A DNA stretch of 64,000 nucleotides from an uncultured Verrucomicrobiae bacterium (GTDB taxonomy: Bacteria; Verrucomicrobiota; Verrucomicrobiia; Limisphaerales; JAFGQR01): positions 160,001 through 224,000 of the forward strand of contig CAWBHS010000038.1 in assembly GCA_963788655.1 (NCBI GenBank), read 5' to 3'. Positions 55,347 through 64,000 of this stretch are shown here, piece after piece (the stretch's first letter is position 1; each line of letters starts with the position of its first letter). A program made the position numbers and the translations under genes. Under the pieces are notes generated by a model. The model ran no database searches. It was not told the DNA's origin and saw nothing but the letters and a program-made list of their open reading frames with translations.

Positions 55347-55513
55347 GTCCTCAGATCGGATGAGTCGGCCAACGTAGGAGGAGGACCAGACGCCTTACTT
55401 TCTGGTTCGCCTCTTCACGTTGGCGGCTACAACCTGGCCGAACTGGACCTCAGAACCGTTCCACGGCAAACAATCTGAAACGGACGGCCGCAAATCACGT
55501 CCAATTTCTCGAC

Positions 55514-57563
55514 ATGAAAAACGCTCTCCTCGCGCCAACAGCCATTCTACTTAGTTGCCTCACCATCCAAGCCACCGATTTTTACGTGGCCCGGGACGGC
55601 AAGGATACCCAACCCGGCACTGCCGACCAACCGTTTGCCACGCTCACCCGTGCGCGGGACGCCATCCGCCAACTCAAGCAAGCTGGACCACTCCCACAGC
55701 CCGTGACCGTCCACGTGCGCGGCGGAACCTACTATCTGGCGCAACCAGTCACATTCACGCGCGAGGATTCAGGCACCGCGAAGGCGCCGATTGCCTACGC
55801 TGCCGAACGCGGATCATCTGTGCGCCTGACGGGCGGGCGGGAAATCACTGGTTGGCGTCCAGTAACCGATCCGGTGGTGCGGCAGCGGTTGCCGGCGGAA
55901 GCTCGTGACCATGTGCGGGTGGCCGATTTGCGGGCGCAAGGCATCACCGATTTCGGCAAGCTTAGCGTACGCGGCTTTGGCGCGGGAAGCCCGCCTGCCG
56001 AAGCCGAATTGTTTTATGACGATGATCCGATGACCCTGGCCCGATGGCCGAATGAAGGATTTCGGGGCGCGAAGTCCAAAGAGAGCGATCGTACCGATTG
56101 TCGTGGATACGGATCGCGTGGCCCGCTGGACGGCGGAAACCGAGCCGTGGGTGTTTGCCTATTGGCACCATGATTGGGCGGAACTTTACGAACCGCTCGC
56201 CGGGGTGGATGCAACGAAACACGCTTTGTTGCGAACCGCAAAAGTCCGGCCGGCTTATGGAGTTACCCCAAGCCGCGCCCGTTGGTACGCCTTCAACTTG
56301 TTGGCGGAACTCGATCGTCCCGGCGAGTATTATCTCGACCGCGCCAAAGGCTTGCTCTATTTCTGGCCGCCCCGTTCCGGTGGCCATGCTGTGCTCTCGT
56401 TGACGGATCGGTTGGTTGACGCCAACGAGTTGTCCCACGTGACCTTCCAAGGATTTACCCTTGAAGCTTGCCGCGGTACCGCGTTGACCCTCCACAGCAG
56501 TGCCGATTGCCACGTGGTCGGTTGCACGATTCGCAATACCGGTAAGCAAGCCGTGCAGGTTTCCGGAGGCGAACGGGACGAGGTTTATGGATGTGACATT
56601 TACTTCACCGGTGAAGGCGGCATTACCATGAGCGGCGGTGACCGGCCCACACTCGCGCCTGCCCACCACAACGCCGAGAACAACCACGTCCACCATTACG
56701 CCCGTCGCGCGCGCACGTACAAATGCGCCATCAGCGTGAGCGGGGTGGGCAATCGCATTGCGCACAACCTCATTCACGACGGTCCTCACATGGCGTTGTC
56801 CGCCAGCGGCAACGACCACGTGGTCGAATTCAATGAAGTCCACAACGTGGTCGAAGACAGCGGCGATGCCGGCGCGTTTTATGTGGGACGGGACTGGACG
56901 CAGCGCGGCAACATTCTGCGTTATAATTATTGGCACCACATTCTCGGCTCGACCGGTTATGGGGGCATGACCATTTACCTCGACGACCAACATTGCGGCT
57001 ACACGATTTATGGCAATCTCTTCGAGCGTTGCATGCAGGCGGTGTTCATTGGCGGCGGCGATGACAACCTGGTGACCAATAACGTGTTCATCGATTGCCG
57101 CAAGGCCGCCCACCTCGACAACCGCGGGATGGGTTGGCAAAAGCAAGCCACGGACGATCCCAAGGGCACTCTGCGTACCCGTTTGCAGGCCATGCCCTAC
57201 ACCAATGCCCTGTGGCGGTCCCGTTACCCGACCTTGGTCAACATCCTCCAGGACGATCCGGGCGTGCCGAAGCGGAACGTCTTCGCCGGCAACATCAGCG
57301 CCGGCGGCACATGGGACGACATTAATCGCTCGATTCGCCAGTTCCAAACCGTCACCAACAACCTGGTGTTAGACGACAAAAACTGGGTCCGCATCGTGCG
57401 AGATGCCGCGGGCCGGATGGAACGTTTGGAATTCAAGGATCCGGCGGCTGTGCGCGCCATGGGTTTCGTGCCGTTGCCAGTCGAGAAAATGGGCCTGTAT
57501 GCCGATCCGCGCCGCCCCAGTTGGCCGGTGGCCCATGAAGTCCGGCCGGTGAACTTGCCCTGA
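55514..57563 (+). CDS. Secreted right-handed beta-helix protein, frameshift near 56080
   Basis: FYVARDGKD..GTADQPFATLTRARDA, LARWPN, ELDRPGEYYLD, DAGAFY, IYLDD. Confidence 0.85.
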
Positions 57564-58012
57564 AGCGTAATCAGTCGTACCGGGAGTCTTGGGCATCCGT
57601 TAGGGCGGAGGGCTTCACGTCGCTACTGATATTGCGTAGTCAGTCTCAATTTCTTGGATCGTGCGCCCGGCTTATCGGCTCTTCCAAATGGAAGGGACGG
57701 TCAAACCTCGCGCCTTCCGCAAAAGGCTATGCACGATCGAGAGCAATCGAAAGCGGGACCAAACACCCGTCAGTCCGGCGTGCTCGAGTGCTTTTCGTTG
57801 AACTTTCGGTTGCAAGTCATCGGAAATGTCGGATGATATTTCCAACACATGAAGACCCCGGGGCGACTTGGTATGCCCCGCACAGGTTCGATATCTGGTA
57901 AAATACAGACTTTGAAGAAAACCAGAAACGCAAACAACGGCGCAATTCAGCGGTGTCCGGCTGAATTCTGAACTACAATGCGCCCAATGAACATGGCCAG
58001 ATTTCACTCTCC

Positions 58013-60319
58013 ATGAGAACAACCTGCCTTCGATTCATCTTGGGGGTAATGGGCTGGAGCGTGTTGACGGCGGCACACGCGGGCAATGTCATTCTCCTTA
58101 TTGGCGACGGCATGGGTTTTGAGCAGGTGAAAGCCGCGCGGGTTTATGCGGCCTCACCACTGTCATTTGAAGCGTTGCCTTTCCAAGGGGAGGTTACCAC
58201 CGCTTCCTCCAATGCTACCATAACCGACTCGGCGGCCGCAGCGACGGCCATGGCGACGGGAGTCAAAGTCAATAACGGTGTCGTTAGCCTGGCCTTGCCA
58301 GGAGACGGCAGTGAATTGGAAACGTTGGTCGAGTATTATAAAGCCCGCGGCCGAACAGTGGGGCTGGTAACGACGACCTACATCACCCACGCCACCCCGG
58401 CTTGCTTTGGGGCGCATGAAACAAGCCGCAATAATTACAGCGCGATTGCCGACGATTATTTGACGCAAACAATACCCAACGTGCTGTTCGGCGGCGGCGC
58501 CAATGGGATGAGCGTCAGCGCCGCTGAGAACGCCGGCTACGTGGTGGCAACGACCACAGCTTCGTTTGACGGCTTGGATACGACTGCCGATCTCCTTTCG
58601 GCACAATTCGGAACCACTGACCTGCCTTACGAATACGACTATCTTGGTGAGGAGTATCCATATCCTCATCTGGCAAACATGGTTACCGTGGCCTTGGATG
58701 CTTTGGATAATGATCCGGATGGCTTCTTCCTGATGGTTGAAGGGGGGAACATCGACCATGCATGCCATGCGAACAATCTTCGCCGGGCGGTTCACGAGAC
58801 CTTGGCGTTTTCCGACGCGGTGCAGACAGCCCTGGATTGGGCAGCCGGCCGTGATGACACGTTGATCATGGTGACTGCCGATCATGAAACGGGCGGATTA
58901 ACGGTGTCGGACCAAGTGGATTCGGACGGCTATCCGATCGTCAGTTGGACTACTGGCGGTCATACTGGAGTGAATGTTCCGGTTTATGCCTGGGGTCAGG
59001 ATGCCGCATTGGTTGCGGGTGTCCTGGACAACACGGAAATCAACGCGGTGTGTAAGGCCCAAGTCACAGCGGTTTCCCTTGCCGGAGCGGTTCATTACTA
59101 TCCGGGTACGACGGCCATCGCGGATGCGACGGTGGCGCTGAGTGGCGACGGTTCTCAAAGCACTGTGAGCGAAAGCGATGGATCGTATGGTTTCCGCGTG
59201 CTGCCAGAACGGAATTACCGCGTGACGCCGAACGCCGTCGTTGAAGCGACGGCAAACCGGGGTGTGGACACCATGGATATCATTGCGATCCGCAAACATC
59301 TCCTTGGCCATGCGTACTTTGATTCGGCATACCAGACCATTGCGGCGGATGTCGATGGTTCCGAAGAAGTCGATACGCTGGACATCGTTTACGTGCGCAA
59401 GTTGATTCTCGGGAAGATCACCTCGTTTCCCGCCGGCCGGTGGCAGTTTGTCCCTTCGGATTATCCCTTCAGCAGTTCATCCCAACCGTGGCCCTTTCCC
59501 AACATGCGCGACTATTCCCTGCTGACGGAAGACACCGCCGACCAGGATTTCGTCGCGATGAAATTGGGCGACGTTGACGGCACTTGGGTCGGTGGATCAT
59601 CGGGCTTTGCGCCGGCGTTGGCAGGAGCCCAGGGACAAACGACAACTGGGGATGCAACCGAGTCGTGGGTGACATTTTCGATGGGCCAACAAACCGCTTT
59701 ACCAGGTCAGACGGTGACCATTCCGGTAGCCGTCGGTGGGTTTCGCGAGGTGAACGGTGTTCAATTTACGCTGGAATGGGATCCCGCTGTCCTTGAGTTT
59801 GCAACGGTCGGCGAGTTCGGGTTGCCCGGCTTGGGCGCTGGAAATTTCAATCCGCAGACCGTTCAAGGCAGACTGGCGTTTTGTTGGGAAGATCCCGCCG
59901 CCGGGAGCCAAACGTTGGACCGCAAGACTGTTTTGTTTGTCATTCAATTTGCGATCGTCGGCAAACCGGGTACGGCATCCGCGCTAGAGTTTGCAGATGT
60001 TCCCACGCCCCGAAAGGCGATCGCCAATTACCAAACAGCTTTGGCGGGCTGGCAGAATGGCATCGTCGAAGTGGGATTAGCTACGGAGTTGCCACCCGGC
60101 ACCTGCCGGGTGCGCGCTGAATCCGCCGGCGGCTACCGGATTGCGTTTGCCGGTGATCCCGAAGAAAGCTACGTCATCCAGTGCGCGGACCGACTGAACG
60201 ATCCGAACTGGCGGGCATTGGCTACCGTCACAACCGATCAACTTGGTTTCGCGGAGTATCTGGACGTGCCGGCAACCACGACCGCAACCCGATTTTACCG
60301 TCTTGTGAAACTGCCATAG
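58013..60319 (+). CDS. Alkaline phosphatase with Ig-like linker, dockerin-like module, cohesin-like module and C-terminal RFYRL domain
   Basis: ILLIGDGMG, TDSAAAATA (catalytic Ser), THATPA, MVEGGNIDHACH, VTADHETGG; dockerin-like GVDTMDIIAIRKHLLG / ADVDGSEEVDTLDIVYVRKLILG; cohesin-like PGQTVTIPVAV..VQFTLEWDPAVLEF. Confidence 0.88.
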   Translation: MRTTCLRFILGVMGWSVLTAAHAGNVILLIGDGMGFEQVKAARVYAASPLSFEALPFQGEVTTASSNATITDSAAAATAMATGVKVNNGVVSLALPGDGSELETLVEYYKARGRTVGLVTTTYITHATPACFGAHETSRNNYSAIADDYLTQTIPNVLFGGGANGMSVSAAENAGYVVATTTASFDGLDTTADLLSAQFGTTDLPYEYDYLGEEYPYPHLANMVTVALDALDNDPDGFFLMVEGGNIDHACHANNLRRAVHETLAFSDAVQTALDWAAGRDDTLIMVTADHETGGLTVSDQVDSDGYPIVSWTTGGHTGVNVPVYAWGQDAALVAGVLDNTEINAVCKAQVTAVSLAGAVHYYPGTTAIADATVALSGDGSQSTVSESDGSYGFRVLPERNYRVTPNAVVEATANRGVDTMDIIAIRKHLLGHAYFDSAYQTIAADVDGSEEVDTLDIVYVRKLILGKITSFPAGRWQFVPSDYPFSSSSQPWPFPNMRDYSLLTEDTADQDFVAMKLGDVDGTWVGGSSGFAPALAGAQGQTTTGDATESWVTFSMGQQTALPGQTVTIPVAVGGFREVNGVQFTLEWDPAVLEFATVGEFGLPGLGAGNFNPQTVQGRLAFCWEDPAAGSQTLDRKTVLFVIQFAIVGKPGTASALEFADVPTPRKAIANYQTALAGWQNGIVEVGLATELPPGTCRVRAESAGGYRIAFAGDPEESYVIQCADRLNDPNWRALATVTTDQLGFAEYLDVPATTTATRFYRLVKLP

Positions 60320-60439
60320 ACTGTCGAGTGCCCGAATTAACTGCAAATGCGACTTAAACGAACCATCTTGAAGCCGATTCCCAATGGATATTGCGACCGC
60401 CGCGGTTCTTTTCGTGTGGCAACCGACGAGTTTTAGACC

Positions 60440-61042
60440 GTGAAGACCATCAGTTCAGTTTTTTTGGCAATCATGGCAGTGGGAACGTTGTTGGCGCCTT
60501 CGGGGAAGGCGGCGTTGACGTTTTCCGCGAGCCAGGCAATCGTCGCTCCGGGCGATCCGGTGAACGTGGCCATTTCGGTTCAGGGGTTCAACGGCGTTCT
60601 GGCCATGCAGGGAAGTATCGCTTGGGACACCTCGCTCCTGACTTACGTTTCGGTGGACAATTTCGCGTCAGGTCTGAGCGGTTTGAACGAAACAAGCTTT
60701 GGTTTCCGGGACGACCACTTGACATACTCTTGGAACGATTCGGAGGACATGGGTGTTTCCATTCCCGATGAAACCGTGCTATTCACGATTCAATTGGCTG
60801 CCGGTTCCAGTCCCGGCAGCACCATGATCACGTTCGACGATTCTCCCCTCACCAGTTGGGCTGCCGATCAGGATTTGAACAAAACCTATTTCGCGGTAGA
60901 TGCTCTGCCGGGAAGCGTCACCGTCGTTCCCGAGCCCGTCAGCAGTGCGTTGGGTATCTTCGGAGGACTGGCGGTATGCGTTCAGGTGGTTCGTTGGCTC
61001 AGCCGCGCAAAGCATCGCCGCGGCAATTGCGGTTGCGGCTGA
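60440..61042 (+). CDS. Cohesin-like domain protein with a PEP-CTERM sorting signal
   Basis: Signal peptide; PGDPVNVAISV..MQGSIAWDTSLLTY..VLFTIQL; C-terminal VPEP + TM + basic tail RWLSRAKHRR. Confidence 0.82.
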   Translation: MKTISSVFLAIMAVGTLLAPSGKAALTFSASQAIVAPGDPVNVAISVQGFNGVLAMQGSIAWDTSLLTYVSVDNFASGLSGLNETSFGFRDDHLTYSWNDSEDMGVSIPDETVLFTIQLAAGSSPGSTMITFDDSPLTSWAADQDLNKTYFAVDALPGSVTVVPEPVSSALGIFGGLAVCVQVVRWLSRAKHRRGNCGCG

Positions 61043-61511
61043 CTTGTTTCCTCGGCGTGTCTGCACATGTCTCTGCGGCGCGTGACATGCAGAAGTCTGG
61101 ATCGCCATTCACCCCTCTTCGGTGCATTCGCCAAAATGTTTCTCACGCTCAGTAGCCACTGAAGTCTGGAGACAGACCCGATGTCCGAAAACGTGCTCCG
61201 CCTCCTTACATCGCGGTTATGGTCGGCTGACGTTGTGCTACGGTGCGAATTATCGGGACTCACCGGTTGTAATTGTTTTGCGCCCTCTCACGGTCGCGAC
61301 TCTGTCAACGAGTGCAAGCTCGCAACTCGAAGCCACACACGAGCCGGCGACGAACGATCCTCCGCCGACTGTAAAATGAAATAAATACGCAACGCGTTCC
61401 CTCACTATCCCGTTGACGCTGGGGCAAGCTTGCCAACATTATCGCGTTACGACCGGTAGTGAGCTACGCGGTTTGGTTGAGTAACTCAACATATTGAACA
61501 CGACATTGAAA

Positions 61512-62738
61512 ATGAAATTGGACGAACTTTATTCCGAGTTGACTTTGAAGACCCAGGCCAAGCTCGCGCTGGTGGTGCTTGATGGATTGGGTGATTTGGC
61601 GACCAAGGCGCAGGGCGAAGCCACGCCACTGGAAGCCGCCCGCACTCCCAATCTCGATGCGCTGGTGCGAGACGGTTGCGCGCAAGGCCGTATGATCCCC
61701 GTGGCTCCGGGCATCACCCCGGGCAGCGGCCCCGGTCACCTGGCTCTCTTTGGTTACGATCCCCTGGAATACATGGTGGGACGCGGCGTCATCGAAGCGC
61801 TGGGATTGGGGCTGGAATTGAAAACCGGCGACGTGGCCGCGCGCGCCAACTTCTGTTCGCTGGATTCGAAAGGCATTGTCACCGATCGCCGCGCGGGCCG
61901 CATTGAGACATCGGTTTGCGAACGGCTTTGCGACCTATTGGCCTCCAAAATCAAGAAAATCGGTCCAACTGAGGTCATTATCAAAGCCGGCAAGGGGCAC
62001 CGTTTTGTAGTGATTTTCCGCGGAAAAGGGCTGGAAGGGCCGTTGACGGACGCCGATCCGCATCGGGAAGGTGAACCCATCCCGGAAGCCAAACCGGTCA
62101 ATGCGAAATCGGCCAAAGCGCAAAAGGCCGCCGAGTTGATCGCTGAGTTTTACAAGCAGGCGCTGCCGGTCCTGGCCAAAGAAACACCGGCGAATGGTTT
62201 CCTGATGCGCGGCATTGCTCATCAGCCGCACATCCCGTTGTTCGAAGAACGCTACCAACTCAAACCGGCCTGCCTGGCCGTCTATCCGATGTACAAAGGA
62301 CTGGCGCAACTGGTCGGCATGACGAAGATCGAAGGGCCGCAAACCATCACCGAGCAGTTCCAACGATACCTGGACGAGTACGACCACTACGACTTCTTCT
62401 TCATTCATTACAAGTACCCCGACATGTACGGCGAAGACGGCAATTTCGAAGCGAAGAAGAACGCGATTGAAGAATTCGATGCCGCGCTGCCGGTGTTGCT
62501 GCGGAAGAAACCGGACGTGGTGGCGATCACTGGCGATCACTCGACGCCGTGCGCGCTCAAAGGTCACTCGTGGCATCCGCAGCCCGTGTTGTTGCACTCG
62601 GCCGTAACGGGGTCGGACAAATTGGATCGCTTCACGGAGACCGGCGCCAACCTTGGTTCGCTTGGCATCTTCGAAGCGAAATTCTTGATCCGTTACCTGC
62701 AAGCCAACGCGCGCATGTTCGACAAGTTCGGCGCGTAG
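61512..62738 (+). CDS. apgM: 2,3-bisphosphoglycerate-independent phosphoglycerate mutase (ApgM type)
   Basis: VLDGLGD, TPLEAARTPNLD, TPGSGPGHLALFGYDP, DRRAGRI, TGDHSTP, HSWHPQP. Confidence 0.92.
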   Translation: MKLDELYSELTLKTQAKLALVVLDGLGDLATKAQGEATPLEAARTPNLDALVRDGCAQGRMIPVAPGITPGSGPGHLALFGYDPLEYMVGRGVIEALGLGLELKTGDVAARANFCSLDSKGIVTDRRAGRIETSVCERLCDLLASKIKKIGPTEVIIKAGKGHRFVVIFRGKGLEGPLTDADPHREGEPIPEAKPVNAKSAKAQKAAELIAEFYKQALPVLAKETPANGFLMRGIAHQPHIPLFEERYQLKPACLAVYPMYKGLAQLVGMTKIEGPQTITEQFQRYLDEYDHYDFFFIHYKYPDMYGEDGNFEAKKNAIEEFDAALPVLLRKKPDVVAITGDHSTPCALKGHSWHPQPVLLHSAVTGSDKLDRFTETGANLGSLGIFEAKFLIRYLQANARMFDKFGA

Positions 62739-63084
62739 TTGCGATCCAAAATCGCGAAGCGCGATTCGACGGACCGCGCTTCGCGCTCCGGGCAATGACG
62801 CGGCAACTAACCGATGCGTTTTCTTTCGCGCTGCCTTCGGAAAATATTTTTAAAGAATTATGCTTGCGTTATACTGCAAGTCATCATAAGAAAGAATCCC
62901 AAGATGCTCACAGCCGCATGGCTTAACGCGCCTAAACAAAAACGATTCGCTGGCCCGCACGTTGCAGCGACCAATTATTCGCCGCTGAACAGTGCCGTGG
63001 CGAGTGAATCCCGATCCGTCGGGAACGATTTCCTTTCGCCCCCTTAGTGTTCAACCCCTCACCGATGAATGGAGGTGAAAATAG

Positions 63085-63198
63085 ATGCCAGCTAAGAAAG
63101 TAAAAGCAAAAGCAAAAGCAAAACCGAAAGCCAAAGCTAAAGCTAAAGCGAAAGCCAAAGCGAAAGCTAAGCCAAAAGCTAAAGCCAAGAAAAAGTAA
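63085..63198 (+). CDS. 37-aa Lys/Ala-rich histone-H1-like microprotein
   Basis: MPAKKVKAKAKAKPKAKAKAKAKAKAKAKPKAKAKKK; SD GGAGGTG at 63071-63077; downstream hairpin. Confidence 0.8.
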   Translation: MPAKKVKAKAKAKPKAKAKAKAKAKAKAKPKAKAKKK

Positions 63199-63222
63199 CT
63201 AGATCGTTAAGATCATAACCTA

Positions 63223-63265
63223 CCAGGGTGAAAAACCTGGTTGTACGACAGGTTTTTCATCCTGG
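63223..63265 (+). terminator. Long hairpin after the microprotein gene
   Basis: ccagggtgaaaaacctg / caggtttttcatcctgg; no clear U-tract. Confidence 0.5.
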
Positions 63266-63296
63266 AGTGAGGTTCAAACCCCATCCTCCTTCTCCC

Positions 63297-64000
63297 ATGG
63301 CCGTGTTGGTATTCGATATTGAGACTTCGGCGTTACCGTTGGACCAATTCGATGCGGTACAACACGAATACTTGTTCCGCGACGCCGAACGTTTGACCGA
63401 CGAAACCGAGCGGACCAAACGTCGGGCGGAGATTCAGCAACTGTTCAACCTCTGGCCCCTCACGGCGCGAGTGGTGTGCATTGCCATGTTGAATGCTGAA
63501 ACCAACCGTGGCCAAGTGCTCTTCATCGCGGACGATTACGCGCAAGACGCCAGCGACGTCGGCCCCGTCGAGTTCGTTGCCTGCATGGATGAGGTCGAGT
63601 TACTGACCGCGTTCTGGGATGTCGCCAAGCATTACGACCAGATTGCCACGTTCAACGGACGCAACTTTGACGTGCCGTTTATCTACTTGCGTTCCGCCGT
63701 GTTGAACGTCCCCATCACTCGCAAGAACTGGCTGGGCTACCGTTTTGCGACCGAACCACATTGTGACCTGGCCGAGCAGTTGACGTTTTACAGCGTGAGC
63801 GGTCGCGACGGTGCCGCCCGCAAGTTCAATCTCGATTTTTACTGCAAAACGTTCCGGATCGAATCGCCTAAGAGCCACGGCGTCACGGGGATGGATGTCA
63901 ACCGCCTCATGGAGGAAAAGCGATACCGGGACATCGCGGAATACTGTTTGCGCGATGTGGAAGCCACGGTAAAGCTCTATCAAATCTGGCGCGAACGGTT
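63297..64000 (+). CDS. DnaQ/PolB-like 3'-5' exonuclease, running off the window end
   Basis: Translated by hand: MAVLVFDIETS (ExoI), TFNGRNFDVPF (ExoII), YCLRDV (ExoIII). Confidence 0.85.
   Translation, partial: MAVLVFDIETSALPLDQFDAVQHEYLFRDAERLTDETERTKRRAEIQQLFNLWPLTARVVCIAMLNAETNRGQVLFIADDYAQDASDVGPVEFVACMDEVELLTAFWDVAKHYDQIATFNGRNFDVPFIYLRSAVLNVPITRKNWLGYRFATEPHCDLAEQLTFYSVSGRDGAARKFNLDFYCKTFRIESPKSHGVTGMDVNRLMEEKRYRDIAEYCLRDVEATVKLYQIWRER

Noticed and set aside
63091..63195. DNA microsatellite (aaagc repeats)
   Set aside because: Variation is concentrated at synonymous positions, and there is an SD, start and stop, so it is better explained as a CDS.

Overview
GC-rich bacterial DNA, most likely Verrucomicrobiota (Pedosphaera-like). 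This is inferred from the tmRNA tag ANNELALAA, an H-X9-DG prepilin, a PEP-CTERM protein and 'RF[YV]RL' C-terminal domains. Housekeeping genes include aspC, pyrH, dusB, secA, aroB, prfC, pyrF, apgM, tRNA-His and tmRNA, plus a system II cytochrome c biogenesis cluster. These alternate with polysaccharide-active genes (alginate-lyase-like, GH5, GH20, heparinase II/III-like, beta-helix). Two decayed accessory regions lie at ~16.9-35.3 kb and next to the tmRNA 3' end. Scattered indels, dense in secA, suggest long-read consensus errors. Four observations stand out. (1) An alkaline phosphatase carrying both a dockerin-like and a cohesin-like module sits just upstream of a cohesin-PEP-CTERM protein, a candidate cellulosome-like surface display system. 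(2) A cryptic array of five non-canonical tRNA-like genes includes a tRNA-Gln split in its T-loop by a structured 60-nt insert. (3) A 37-aa Lys/Ala histone-H1-like microprotein was missed by the ORF track. (4) A structured leader lies upstream of prfC. All family calls come from motif recognition; no searches were run.
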